From: Candidatus Bathyarchaeia archaeon
GTDB taxonomy: Archaea; Thermoproteota; Bathyarchaeia; Bathyarchaeales; Bathycorpusculaceae
Assembly (NCBI GenBank): GCA_038883775.1
Contig: JAVZLM010000004.1
Span: 96,001-160,000, forward strand
Length of the DNA stretch: 64,000 bases
Direction of reading: 5' to 3'
Shown here: positions 1 through 9,957 of the stretch, in pieces
How the letters are laid out: the number at the start of each line of letters is the position of its first letter
Position numbering within the stretch: the first letter of the stretch is position 1
Program-made: the position numbers and the translations under genes
Notes under the pieces: generated by a model
Seen by the model: the letters and a program-made list of their open reading frames with translations, nothing else
Told to the model about the DNA's origin: nothing
The model's database searches: none

Positions 1-1
1 G

Positions 2-1069
2 GAAAATGGTAAGATACATGTCCATCTAAACTCGGAAGTAGCGGAAATCAGCGGATTTGTTGGCAATTTCAAATCAAAAATAAAACATAATGACGGCAAG
101 GAAGAGGAAGTTGAACATGGCATAATAATAGTTGCCACTGGCGCAACAGAATACAAACCCACAGAATATCTTTACGGCAAAGACCCTCGAGTTATGACAC
201 AGCACGAGTTGGAGGAAAAAATTGCAAAAGGCGACTTCAAAGCTAAAAATGTTGTCATGATTCAATGTGTTGGAGCAAGAAATGAAGAAAGACCCAACTG
301 CGCAAGAATCTGCTGCGGACAAGCCATAAAAAACGCCTTAAAAATTAAAGAGATAAGCCCAGAAACAGAAGTTTACGTTTTGTATAAGGATATTCGCTCC
401 TATGGCTTTAAGGAAGACTATTACCGCAAAGCCTCAGAAGAAGGCGTCCTATTCATAAACTACGAGGATGGCAGAAAACCGCAAGTTAGGAATGAGAAAG
501 GAAAACTGGAAGTGACCTTCTGGGAACCCGTAATAAAGCAAGAAGTAACCATTGAACCAGATCTCGTAATCTTAAGCGCTGCCACAATCCCAAACCCAGA
601 CAACAAACGAGTGGCAGAAATGCTTAAGGTGCCATTAACAAAAGACGGTTTCTTCTTGGAAGCGCACATGAAACTTAGACCCGTGGACTTTGCGACAGAT
701 GGCGTTTTTCTGTGCGGAATGGCTCACTCGCCAAAATACATAGACGAAAGCATAGCCCAAGCTTGCGCTGCAGCAGCAAGAGCCACAACCATACTCTCAA
801 AACCCACACTTGAGATGGAAGGGATTGTGGCAAACGTAAACGAAGATTTATGTAGTGGTTGTAGAATTTGTGAATATCTATGCCCATACGGGGCAATAGA
901 AATGAAGCAAAAAGACGATAGGCTTATCGCAAACGTAATCGAAGCCTTATGCAAAGGCTGCGGCGCCTGTGGAACAGCATGCCCAACCAAAGCCATCACA
1001 ATGGGGCATTTCACAACAGAAGAAATCATAGCCCAAGTTAAAGCTGCGCTCTTGGAGGTTAAGGCATGA
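2..1069 (+). CDS. hdrA: Heterodisulfide reductase subunit A-like flavoprotein, C-terminal part (5' end lies outside the window)
   Basis: The frame is open from position 2 (ENGKIHVHLNSEV...GNFKSKI...IIIVATGA). It contains IQCVGAR, CARICC, FFLEAHMKLRPVD, GVFLCGMAHSPK and two C-terminal CxxCxxCxxxCP motifs, and is followed by mvhD. Confidence 0.93.
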   Translation, partial: ENGKIHVHLNSEVAEISGFVGNFKSKIKHNDGKEEEVEHGIIIVATGATEYKPTEYLYGKDPRVMTQHELEEKIAKGDFKAKNVVMIQCVGARNEERPNCARICCGQAIKNALKIKEISPETEVYVLYKDIRSYGFKEDYYRKASEEGVLFINYEDGRKPQVRNEKGKLEVTFWEPVIKQEVTIEPDLVILSAATIPNPDNKRVAEMLKVPLTKDGFFLEAHMKLRPVDFATDGVFLCGMAHSPKYIDESIAQACAAAARATTILSKPTLEMEGIVANVNEDLCSGCRICEYLCPYGAIEMKQKDDRLIANVIEALCKGCGACGTACPTKAITMGHFTTEEIIAQVKAALLEVKA

Positions 1070-1506
1070 GTGAAAAAACAGAATTTGAGCCGAAAATAAT
1101 TGGTTTCCTATGTAATTGGTGCTCCTATGCAGGCGCAGACTTGGCTGGAGTAAGCAGAATCCAATATCCACCGAACATTAGAATAATTCGTGTAATGTGC
1201 AGTGGCAGAATTGACCCCATATTCATTCTCGAAGCTTTGAAGGATGGCGCTGATGGAGTGCTTGTTGCTGGATGCCATTTGCCCTCAGATTGCCATTATA
1301 TTAGTGGGAACTTTAAAGCTTTAAGAAGGATAACTCTATTAAAGAAAGTTCTAAAAGATTTCGGGATTGAACCTGAACGTGTGCGGTTGGAATGGGTCTC
1401 CGCAAGCGAAGGAGACAAGTTCGCCGCCATAGTTCGGGACATGGTTGAGCAAATAAAAAAGTTGGGACCAAACCCATTGAAAATGGGAGGAAAAAGGAAT
1501 GAGTGA
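1066..1506 (+). CDS. mvhD: Methyl-viologen-reducing hydrogenase delta subunit ([2Fe-2S])
   Basis: FLCNWCSYAGADLAG, RVMCSGRIDP, GCH..DCHY and WVSASEG motifs. Confidence 0.95.
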   Translation: MSEKTEFEPKIIGFLCNWCSYAGADLAGVSRIQYPPNIRIIRVMCSGRIDPIFILEALKDGADGVLVAGCHLPSDCHYISGNFKALRRITLLKKVLKDFGIEPERVRLEWVSASEGDKFAAIVRDMVEQIKKLGPNPLKMGGKRNE

Positions 1507-2053
1507 AACACAGGAATATGTTCCAAGCGTTATAAAAGCTGAGGAAATGAATCCAAAATTCAAGTATGAAATTAGCAAGAAGCATGGCGCAGAGAGGCTA
1601 ATGCTTTGCTTCCAGTGTGGAACATGCACTGCTGACTGCCCAATCTCAAGATTCAGCGACTTTTACAGACCGAGAAAAATAGCGAGAATGGTGCAGTTGG
1701 GACTGAAGGATAGGCTTTTGTCAGATGAAGCCCTTTGGTTATGCTCATCATGTTTCACATGCGTTGACCACTGTCCTCAAGGGGTGGAAATTGCTGGCAT
1801 AGTGCGAGTTTTGCGAAACCTTTCGGTGAAAGAAAAAGGTGTCATGCCATTAGTTTACAGAGAACTTGCCTCTAACCTTTTGAAAGGCGGATATGTATAC
1901 GAAATTGTGGAGTCACGCCACAAAAAACGGGCGGAACTTGGGCTTCCACCATTGCCAAAGCCTAATCTTGAAGAAATTGCCAAAATTTTTGAAATTACTG
2001 GTTCTTCGAAAATGCTTGAAAATGTGAAAACTTTCGAGAAGGTGAAAAGCTAA
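1499..2053 (+). CDS. hdrC: Heterodisulfide reductase subunit C
   Basis: CFQCGTCTADCP and WLCSSCFTCVDHCPQGV 2x[4Fe-4S] motifs; directly precedes hdrB. Confidence 0.93.
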   Translation: MSETQEYVPSVIKAEEMNPKFKYEISKKHGAERLMLCFQCGTCTADCPISRFSDFYRPRKIARMVQLGLKDRLLSDEALWLCSSCFTCVDHCPQGVEIAGIVRVLRNLSVKEKGVMPLVYRELASNLLKGGYVYEIVESRHKKRAELGLPPLPKPNLEEIAKIFEITGSSKMLENVKTFEKVKS

Positions 2054-2941
2054 ATGCCAAAATACTTGATATTTTTGGGATGCGTCATCCCGTATAGGCT
2101 TTCAAGCTACGAGATTTCTGCAAGAAAAGTTCTAGACAAGCTAGGCGTGGAATTGGTTGAAATGCCAACGTATAACTGTTGCGGGTATCCCATGGACGCA
2201 ATAAACCATGACTTAATGTTGACTTTGGCTGCACGAAACCTCTGCGTAGCAGAACAGCAAAACCTAAACATTTTAACCCTCTGCAATGGATGCTTCTGCA
2301 GTTTAAATGAAACAAACAAGATATTGAAAGAAGACAAGAAATTGCGGGAAGAAGTGAACGCTCATTTAAAAGAGATTGGCATGGAGTTTAAAGGAACAAT
2401 AGAAGTTAAACACCTCGTGCATGTGTTGGCTGAGGATGTTGGTTTTGAAAAGATAAAGAATGCGGTTAAAAAACCGTTAGCGAATCTTTTTGTGGCTCAG
2501 CATTCTGGATGCCACCTTGTTCGTCCAGCAAAATACGTAGGCCACGGCGAAGACCCAGAAAATCCCACTTTGCTTAAAAACTTGATTAGGCTCACTGGCG
2601 CCGAATGTTTAGATTACATGGATGAGACTCAATGCTGCGGAAATCCAATAATTGGCGTAAACGAAGAAGTCCCATTCCAGATGGCTAAAGAAAAACTTGA
2701 CCACGTTAGGGCTGTGAAGGCTCAAGCGTTAATTACGGCTTGTCCCTTCTGCCACATGATGTTTGACATGAACCAACCACGAATAGAAAGAGCCTTCAAC
2801 GAAAAGTTTGGCATACCAGTGCTGCACTATCCCCAACTTTTAGGCTTGGCCATGGGCTTTTCACCAGAAGAACTTGGAATAAACGAGCTTAGAGTTAAAC
2901 CATCCGAACTTTTAAACCAAATTCAAAAAGGAGAAAGCTAA
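2054..2941 (+). CDS. hdrB: Heterodisulfide reductase subunit B
   Basis: Two complete CCG domains (GC..NCCG..CNGC; HSGCH..QCCG..ACPFC). Confidence 0.93.
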   Translation: MPKYLIFLGCVIPYRLSSYEISARKVLDKLGVELVEMPTYNCCGYPMDAINHDLMLTLAARNLCVAEQQNLNILTLCNGCFCSLNETNKILKEDKKLREEVNAHLKEIGMEFKGTIEVKHLVHVLAEDVGFEKIKNAVKKPLANLFVAQHSGCHLVRPAKYVGHGEDPENPTLLKNLIRLTGAECLDYMDETQCCGNPIIGVNEEVPFQMAKEKLDHVRAVKAQALITACPFCHMMFDMNQPRIERAFNEKFGIPVLHYPQLLGLAMGFSPEELGINELRVKPSELLNQIQKGES

Positions 2942-2942
2942 A

Positions 2943-3926
2943 ATGGCCAAAGAAAAATTAAAATTTGCCTTCTATTGGGCTGCGAGCTGTGGAGGCTGCG
3001 AAATTGCCGTTTTAGACATAAATGAGAAAATTTTGGATGTTTTACAATTAGCTGACATAGTTTTCTGGCCTGTTGCTATGGACATAAAATATAAGGATGT
3101 CGAAAATATGCCCGATAAATACATAGACGTTTGTTTCTTTAATGGCGGAATCCGCAACAGTGAACAAGAACACATGGCTAAACTTTTGAGGCAAAAGTCA
3201 AAAATACTCATTGCTTACGGTGCGTGCGCCCACCTCGGCGGAGTACCAGGCTTAGCAAATATTTCCAACAAAAAGGAAATTTTTGAAAAAGTTTATGGCA
3301 CAACATTTTCCACTGTAAACCCGGAAAAAATAACGCCAAAACCGAAAGTAAAGGTGAAAGAGGGCGAGCTTGAAATTCCAGAATTTTATGACACTGTTAG
3401 AACTTTAGACCAAACAGTGGATGTGGACTATTATGTTCCAGGCTGTCCACCAGCCGTTGAGCGTACATTATATGCTGTGGAAGTAATCGCCAAAGGCGAA
3501 TTGCCACCAAAGGGTTCTGTACTTGCCCCATTAAAATCCGTATGTGATGAATGTCCCAGAAAGAAGGAGAACAAGAAAATCTCCAAAATATACCGAGTTT
3601 ATGAAAAGGCGCCTGAACCAGAAAGATGCTTGCTTGAGCAAGGCATTATTTGCATGGGTCCAGCAACCCGTGGCGGATGCGGCGCCAGATGCTTAAAGGC
3701 GGATATGCCATGCACTGGATGTGGTGGACCTTGCCCCAACTCTCCTGAACAAGGAGCAGCCATGATAAGCGCATTAGCTTCAATACTTGGTTTAGAAGAG
3801 GAAAAAGAAAAGTATACCGAGGAAGAGGTTGAGAAGCTAATAAGCCAAGTCAAAGACCCTCTCGGAACATTTTACATGTACGCCTTACCAGCCTCGATTC
3901 TTAGGAGGAAGGTGATGAAGGAATGA
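2943..3926 (+). CDS. mvhG: [NiFe] hydrogenase group 3c small subunit
   Basis: SCGGC, GACA..GG, PGCPP, VCDECPR, CLLEQG..CMGPAT.GGCGA.C and CTGCGGP motifs. Confidence 0.93.
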   Translation: MAKEKLKFAFYWAASCGGCEIAVLDINEKILDVLQLADIVFWPVAMDIKYKDVENMPDKYIDVCFFNGGIRNSEQEHMAKLLRQKSKILIAYGACAHLGGVPGLANISNKKEIFEKVYGTTFSTVNPEKITPKPKVKVKEGELEIPEFYDTVRTLDQTVDVDYYVPGCPPAVERTLYAVEVIAKGELPPKGSVLAPLKSVCDECPRKKENKKISKIYRVYEKAPEPERCLLEQGIICMGPATRGGCGARCLKADMPCTGCGGPCPNSPEQGAAMISALASILGLEEEKEKYTEEEVEKLISQVKDPLGTFYMYALPASILRRKVMKE

Positions 3927-5377
3927 AGAACATAATTATTGACCCAATAACGAGACTTGAAGGTCACGGAAAAATCTCCATATTCTTGAATGATGATGGA
4001 GAAGTTGAAAACGCTTACCTGCAAATTCCAGAGCTTAGGGGCTTCGAAAGATTCTGTATTGGAAGAAAAGCCGAGGACATGCCCCTTTTGACTAGCAGAA
4101 TATGTGGTGTCTGTCCAGTTGCCCACCACATGGCTGGAACAAAAGCCTTAGACGCCGCCTTCAATGTGGAACCGCCATCTGCAGCGAAAAAACTCAGAGA
4201 ACTCATGTACTGCGGCTATTACATTTACGACCATACACTGCACTTCTACTATCTTGGCGGTCCAGATTTTGTGGTTGGTCCGGATGCTCCGCCTGAAAAG
4301 AGGAATATCATTGGCGTCATTGAAAAGGCTGGGTTAGACGTCGGCAAAGAAGTTATAAAGCATAGGGCTTATGGGCAGAGAATAACAGAAATAATTGGTG
4401 GAAAGGCAACGCATCCCGTTTGTGGAATTCCGGGCGGAATTTCTAAGCCATTAAGTGAAGAGGATAGGCAAGAAATTGAGAAAATGGCTTCTTCAGCCGT
4501 AAATTTTGCAAAGTTTTCGCTGAAACTTTTCCATGACATTGTTCTTGGAAACAGTAAATATGTTGATTTGATTAAGAGCGATGCTTATACGTTGAAGACT
4601 TATTATATGGGTTTGGTTGATGAAAACAACAAAGTGAACTTTTACGATGGCAAAATTAGAGTAGTAGACCCAAACGGCAAGGAATTCGTGAAATTCGAAG
4701 CAAAAAACTATCTTGACCACATTGCTGAACATGTGGAAGAATGGACCTACGTCAAATTCCCATACCTAAAGAAAATTGGCTGGAAAGGCTTCGTGGATGG
4801 CCCACAGAGCGGAGCATACCGTGTTGGACCCCTCGGAAGGCTTAACGCTTCAGACGGTATGGCTACACCCTCTGCACAAGAAGAATACGAGTTTATGTAT
4901 AAAACCCTTGGCGGAAAACCAGTACACTCAACACTTGCTTACCATTGGGCTAGACTTATTGAATTGCTTTATGCTGCTGAAAGAGCCTTGGAATTAAGCA
5001 AAGACCCAGAAATAACAAGCAAGGATGTGCGCAACAAGCCAGGCGAACCCGGCGAGGGCATAGGGGTTGTTGAAGCAGCTAGGGGAACTCTAATTCATCA
5101 TTATGTTTTGGATGGGAATGCACTGATAAAAGATGTGAACTTGATAGTGGCAACTGTCAATAATAGTCCATCAATAAACATGTCCATTCGGAATGCTGCT
5201 AAAGGCTTAATCCACGGCGATAAAGTTGACCAGGGAATACTCAATATGGTGGAAATGGCTTTCAGAGCCTACGACCCATGTTTTGGATGCGCAACACATT
5301 TTGCAGTTGGACAAATGCCATTAACAATTGAAATTTATGATAGTGATAAGAAGCTCTTGAAAACTGTGCATAGATAA
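3923..5377 (+). CDS. mvhA: [NiFe] hydrogenase group 3c large subunit
   Basis: TRLEGHG, L1 motif RICGVC, L2 motif RAYDPCFGCATH followed by a cleavable C-terminal extension. Confidence 0.94.
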   Translation: MKNIIIDPITRLEGHGKISIFLNDDGEVENAYLQIPELRGFERFCIGRKAEDMPLLTSRICGVCPVAHHMAGTKALDAAFNVEPPSAAKKLRELMYCGYYIYDHTLHFYYLGGPDFVVGPDAPPEKRNIIGVIEKAGLDVGKEVIKHRAYGQRITEIIGGKATHPVCGIPGGISKPLSEEDRQEIEKMASSAVNFAKFSLKLFHDIVLGNSKYVDLIKSDAYTLKTYYMGLVDENNKVNFYDGKIRVVDPNGKEFVKFEAKNYLDHIAEHVEEWTYVKFPYLKKIGWKGFVDGPQSGAYRVGPLGRLNASDGMATPSAQEEYEFMYKTLGGKPVHSTLAYHWARLIELLYAAERALELSKDPEITSKDVRNKPGEPGEGIGVVEAARGTLIHHYVLDGNALIKDVNLIVATVNNSPSINMSIRNAAKGLIHGDKVDQGILNMVEMAFRAYDPCFGCATHFAVGQMPLTIEIYDSDKKLLKTVHR

Positions 5378-5402
5378 ACAGTTTCTCCTTATTTCATTTT
5401 GT

Positions 5403-5915
5403 TTGATGGCGTTTCTTTTGGGCGAAAGAAAGAGCGAAATAAAAAAACAGTTGAAGAAGTGGTTTTCAGACGCTGAAAGGGTTGTTGTAGCTGGAATTGG
5501 AAATCCGATACGCATGGATGATTTTGTAGGCGTATTCGTTGTTCAAAGTTTGCGTGGAAAAGTTTCTGATAAGGTTTTGTTGATCGAATGTGAAACTGTT
5601 CCCGAAAGTTACATCCAACAAATTATAGAGTTTAACCCAACACATATTCTCTTAATAGATGCTGCAATCTTAGGATTACAACCGGGAGAAACAAAACTTT
5701 TAAAACCAGAAGAGTTGGCAAATTTTCCTGCATTCACAACACACATGCTTCCTTTGCGAATTTTCTGTGAATATTTGACCAAAATGACAAGGGCGAAAAT
5801 CGCTTTGCTTTTAATAGAGCTCGAGAAAACCGATTTTGGAGAAGGCTTAACTGCTAAAGTTGCAGACTTCGCAAAAAGGCTTGTGGAGATATTATCTATA
5901 TTGCTGAGGTCATAA
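5403..5915 (+). CDS. hycI: Hydrogenase maturation endopeptidase (HycI-like)
   Basis: GIGNPIRMDDFVG, ETVPE, LIDAA and TTHMLPL motifs; directly follows mvhA. Confidence 0.88.
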   Translation: MMAFLLGERKSEIKKQLKKWFSDAERVVVAGIGNPIRMDDFVGVFVVQSLRGKVSDKVLLIECETVPESYIQQIIEFNPTHILLIDAAILGLQPGETKLLKPEELANFPAFTTHMLPLRIFCEYLTKMTRAKIALLLIELEKTDFGEGLTAKVADFAKRLVEILSILLRS

Positions 5916-6455
5916 TCGCCTTCTTTTGCTCTTTCCTTCAGTAGGCGTATATTTAACATGAAGGGTTTTGGCTAATTTTTTCAAATCCTCTTCGCTCATC
6001 CACTCAGTTTTAAGGTATTGCAGTATTTTCTCATCGCTTAATCCTAAACGCTTTGCCTCGTCCACTGCAACACGGTAGGCTTCGATTTCTGTGGGTCTTT
6101 CAACATAGCTGAAATTGTCGTCGAAAAGTTTTTTCCCGTCCATAAACTGTTTCACATGCACAAGCTCATGGATTATATCAAGGTAAATGTCAACTAAATC
6201 GCCATTCTTAAGATAGTCTGCGCTAATGAATAAGTGTCCATCTTCGTCACTGACTCCCATGTAGCCTCTTCTTCCAAAAAACTCAATTCGAAGATTACGC
6301 AAAACTTCCTCAGTTTTCTCGCCAAAAATTCGCCTAACAGCCTCAACATTTTCAAAGCCTTTGAAGTAGTCGGTGAAGGGATAAGTTGTTATCTTGGCTT
6401 TGCGAATTATCTTAACATTTAATTGCGAATTATTCACTTTACATTTCTTCTCCAT
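5910..6455 (-). CDS. Hypothetical protein, zincin-like (HExxH) metallopeptidase candidate
   Basis: IIHELVHVKQ with a downstream E.EAY motif. Confidence 0.55.
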   Translation of the reverse strand: MEKKCKVNNSQLNVKIIRKAKITTYPFTDYFKGFENVEAVRRIFGEKTEEVLRNLRIEFFGRRGYMGVSDEDGHLFISADYLKNGDLVDIYLDIIHELVHVKQFMDGKKLFDDNFSYVERPTEIEAYRVAVDEAKRLGLSDEKILQYLKTEWMSEEDLKKLAKTLHVKYTPTEGKSKRRRL

Positions 6456-6554
6456 AGAGCCAATGTAACATTAATTTAGTAGAAAATTCAATTTCCATTA
6501 TAAGGCTTTTTATATAAGTCAACTCAATCTCAGATACATCGCGGGGATACTCAC

Positions 6555-7400
6555 ATGTTCCTTGTAAGGAAAATGTCCACGGATGATTTGGACTTTGCTG
6601 TCCGTCTCACCGACACTAAAAACTGGGGCTTAACCAAAGAGGATTTTCTCTTCATGATGGAGTTAGAGCCGGATGGCTGTTTTACGTTATTGGAAGGTTC
6701 TGAAAAAGTTGGCATTGTAACCTCAATAAATTATGGAAGAATTGGTTGGTTTGGAAACTTGATAGTGGAGAAAAAACATCGCAGAAAGGGGGCAGCTTCT
6801 CTGTTGGTTAAACAAGTTATTAATTACTTGATGGGGAAAGGAGCAGAAACTGTTGGTTTATACTCCTACATGGATGCTGTAACATTCTACAGAAGATTGG
6901 GTTTCGGAAGTGATGAAGAGTTTACGGTTATAGAAGGAAAAGCCCGAAAATCCGAGAGCGAATCCTTTGACGTCAAAAGAGTGGAAGGTAAGGAGGATTT
7001 AGAAAAGATTATCGAATACGACATTTCATGCCTAAATATTTTGAGAAGAAAATTGCTTGAAGCTATATTTCGTAAACCCGAGAATTTATGCTATTTTTCA
7101 GTAGAAAATGGAGAAATTTGTGGGTATATTATGGCAAAAGTTTATGAGGGTTTTGCTGAAATAGGACCATTAATCTGCAATAGGGAAAGTACAGTTGCAG
7201 CTCTAAACCTTATCGAAGCTGTTTTGAACATGGTTGAAGGTTCCCATGTAACTTTGTGTCTTCCAAAAAAGGAAATATCAATAAGAAACTTTCTTAACGA
7301 AAGGGGATTCAGCGAAAGTTTTGATGTTGTTAGGATGTTTTTTAAGCCGATAAGCATTAAAGATTACATTTACATTGCCGAATCTTTAGAGAGGGGGTGA
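6555..7400 (+). CDS. GNAT-family N-acetyltransferase (two-domain)
   Basis: GWFGNLIV..HRRKGAA acetyl-CoA-binding motif, FYRRLGF, second domain with IGPL. Confidence 0.85.
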   Translation: MFLVRKMSTDDLDFAVRLTDTKNWGLTKEDFLFMMELEPDGCFTLLEGSEKVGIVTSINYGRIGWFGNLIVEKKHRRKGAASLLVKQVINYLMGKGAETVGLYSYMDAVTFYRRLGFGSDEEFTVIEGKARKSESESFDVKRVEGKEDLEKIIEYDISCLNILRRKLLEAIFRKPENLCYFSVENGEICGYIMAKVYEGFAEIGPLICNRESTVAALNLIEAVLNMVEGSHVTLCLPKKEISIRNFLNERGFSESFDVVRMFFKPISIKDYIYIAESLERG

Positions 7401-7406
7401 TGCTTA

Positions 7407-8789
7407 TTGGCTAATGTGGATTTGGCAAAATTGCTTGTTACCGATTTTCTTAAAAGTTCATGGAAATGCGTTGAAGTGCTTGTTAATGAGCTTGCAAGTT
7501 TCAGAGAAAGAGAGGATGCGAGTAAGAAGAAAAATGTTAACTTATTCTATTTTAAGAATGGAAAAAGAAATGACGTAACGGTTGAAGGATGGCATTATTT
7601 CATCAGAACTTCTGTTGAGTATTCGAATCCTCAGCTAACGGTTGAAGAAGTTCAAGGAATTATTGCTGCTCGATTATTAGAAGCATGCGCAAACCACTTT
7701 TACTCAGTTGGGCTTCGTGTAGCAAACGATAGAGATGTTGAGGAGATATGCCAAAAATTGAGAAAACCTCCAGAAGGCTTAATCATCCCATTTTTGCTTA
7801 ACACAGATGACATTGAACCCGACAGGTACTCGATGAATCCACTTAAAGAGTCAATAGTTAGCAGTGGACAAAGCGCATTTCCTGTAGCTACTGTGACCAC
7901 GGAAAAGCTTGAGGTAGACCAAAATTTTGTTCAGAAATATGAAGGCGCATTAATATGCAAGAGTGACATTGAACTTATTAAGAGTTATCTTGAGCGATAC
8001 AACTGTTACATGGATATGGTAGATGCGGTGAAGTATGATCTTCTGGAAAAATTTTCAGAAATTTTTGGAATAAACCTTAGCTTGCATGCCTTGCGCATGC
8101 CGCTTACAGTTATGAAAGACGAAACTTCGGATGGGTTGTTACATCACATTATACGGGAAGTGCATAAAGACTATGCCTCAATAGAGACTGTTTATAAGTG
8201 CACAGGTAGAAGCCTCAAAAGTCGAACAACGCTATTGACGATACCTCATTCGCCAAAGGGTTATGGCTCAAAGAGGGCTGCAAAAGGAAAAATATACTTG
8301 GAAAATAATGTGCTGAAGGATGTGAAAGTGGATTATGAGACAACATTGCTTTATCCAAATGCTATTGACCCAGCAGACGTGAGCATTGCGAAAGCTGACG
8401 ACCACTTTAAAGTCAAGGGCGAAAAATTCTTTAATTACAGTTACGCTGAAACGCCCTCCTCTCCACAGTTCTTCTTGTATATGTTGGCTTCGCCTGAGAA
8501 TGCTGCGTTATGGCATGGTATCGGCGCCTTTGGCGCTTCACAACTTGTTAAGAGTTACATTACAGTACGGTTCATGTGCGGTAAGGGTTTGTTAATAAGA
8601 AACCTTGAAACTTATGGCATATCCACAAGAATTCCTTTGCAATTTAATCTCGTGCCAGAACACATGTGGGCGCATCCAATACACCATAACATTGATGCAA
8701 GCATAGGCTGTGTTGAAAATTTGAACTATTTTACACAATTAGGCATGAAGGTGGAAACGCTTCCTGCAGCAAGTTTTATCCGAGAATAG
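7407..8789 (+). CDS. Hypothetical protein (460 aa, no recognised domain)
   Basis: Long ORF with a GGGGTGA RBS-like sequence, packed 6-15 bp from both neighbours on the same strand. Confidence 0.8.
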   Translation: MANVDLAKLLVTDFLKSSWKCVEVLVNELASFREREDASKKKNVNLFYFKNGKRNDVTVEGWHYFIRTSVEYSNPQLTVEEVQGIIAARLLEACANHFYSVGLRVANDRDVEEICQKLRKPPEGLIIPFLLNTDDIEPDRYSMNPLKESIVSSGQSAFPVATVTTEKLEVDQNFVQKYEGALICKSDIELIKSYLERYNCYMDMVDAVKYDLLEKFSEIFGINLSLHALRMPLTVMKDETSDGLLHHIIREVHKDYASIETVYKCTGRSLKSRTTLLTIPHSPKGYGSKRAAKGKIYLENNVLKDVKVDYETTLLYPNAIDPADVSIAKADDHFKVKGEKFFNYSYAETPSSPQFFLYMLASPENAALWHGIGAFGASQLVKSYITVRFMCGKGLLIRNLETYGISTRIPLQFNLVPEHMWAHPIHHNIDASIGCVENLNYFTQLGMKVETLPAASFIRE

Positions 8790-8804
8790 CGGGGGAGCCT
8801 TAAA

Positions 8805-9416
8805 ATGTTTTTCAAGCAGATAAAACAACACGGCGACAACTTCTCTTATATAATCGCAGACGAAACAACAAAGGAAGCGGCAGTTATCGACCCAAGTTTT
8901 AATGCCAAAATTTTAACAAAACTTCTGAAGGAGAAGAATTTTCACTTAAAATATGTCATTAACACACATGGTCATGGCGACCACACAACAGGAAATGAGG
9001 AAATGAAAAAAGCTTTTGATGCCAAAATAGTTGCCCACAAAATTTCAAGAATAAACAAGGACATAAGCATAGAAGACGGCGACCTCTTAATGATTGGTAA
9101 AATTCCAATAAAAATCATTCACACTCCAGGACACACGCCAGATAGTATATGTCTCCTTGTGAACAATAAACTGCTGCTTACTGGCGATACGCTATTTGTT
9201 GGCGAGTGCGGCAGAACTGATCTGCCGGGTGGAAGCGCCAAAGAAATGTATAACAGTCTTTTTCATAAGTTGATGAAACTTGATGATAACATTGAAGTTT
9301 ATCCAGGACATGATTATGGACCAAAACCACATTCAACCATTGGAATTGAGAAAAGAACAAATTACACCTTAGAAAAGCGCACAATTAAGGAATTTGTAGA
9401 ATTTGTGGAAAGTTAA
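8805..9416 (+). CDS. Metallo-beta-lactamase-fold hydrolase (glyoxalase II/ETHE1-like)
   Basis: THGHGDH, TPGHTPDS, TGDTLF..CGRTD and YPGHDY motifs. Confidence 0.9.
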   Translation: MFFKQIKQHGDNFSYIIADETTKEAAVIDPSFNAKILTKLLKEKNFHLKYVINTHGHGDHTTGNEEMKKAFDAKIVAHKISRINKDISIEDGDLLMIGKIPIKIIHTPGHTPDSICLLVNNKLLLTGDTLFVGECGRTDLPGGSAKEMYNSLFHKLMKLDDNIEVYPGHDYGPKPHSTIGIEKRTNYTLEKRTIKEFVEFVES

Positions 9417-9455
9417 TAGGGTTCAATGAAGGAAAAATTGGGAGGTTAAGGAACG

Positions 9456-9953
9456 CTATATAGCTTTCAAAGCTTCTTGGAAAAGTTTCTTTGTGGCGGC
9501 AATCCTTGCCTTTTGAGCTAGAACATCACTAGTAACGAGGTCTAAGGCTTCTTCTGGACACCATTTGACACACTGGGGTTCGCCTTTGTCTTTACATAAG
9601 TCACAGACAAAAACAACTTTCCTATCTGGATGTATCATAATTGCTCCATAATCGCAAGCTTCAATGCACCATCCGCAGCCATTGCATTTGTCCTCATCAA
9701 CCATTATTATGCCCGTTTCCTCAGACTGTGTTAAGGCATCTCTTGGACATGCAGCAACACATGGTGGATCTTCGCAGAGTCTGCAAGCAATTGAAACGTT
9801 TACCAGCGGGTTTAACCGCACAACCCTTATTCTTGATTTTAACGGGTTAAAGGCTTTTTCTTTCTCAAAGGAGCAAATGTACTCGCAAACTTGGCATCCA
9901 ACGCATTTGTCTGGATCCGCTGTGACAAATTTTCTTTCATGCACCTTAACCAT
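9456..9953 (-). CDS. 4Fe-4S dicluster electron-transfer protein (AOR-associated small subunit)
   Basis: Four Cys clusters (CVGCQVCEYIC, CRLCEDPPCVAACP, CNGCGWCIEAC, CDLC..PQCVKWCP). The start is taken at ATG 9953, just after the aor stop. Confidence 0.88.
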   Translation of the reverse strand: MVKVHERKFVTADPDKCVGCQVCEYICSFEKEKAFNPLKSRIRVVRLNPLVNVSIACRLCEDPPCVAACPRDALTQSEETGIIMVDEDKCNGCGWCIEACDYGAIMIHPDRKVVFVCDLCKDKGEPQCVKWCPEEALDLVTSDVLAQKARIAATKKLFQEALKAI

Positions 9954-9957
9954 TATT

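Noticed and set aside
2-5377. Possible selenocysteine (in-frame TGA) versions of HdrA, MvhD or MvhA
   Set aside because: All relevant positions are ordinary Cys codons in uninterrupted ORFs, so no read-through is needed.
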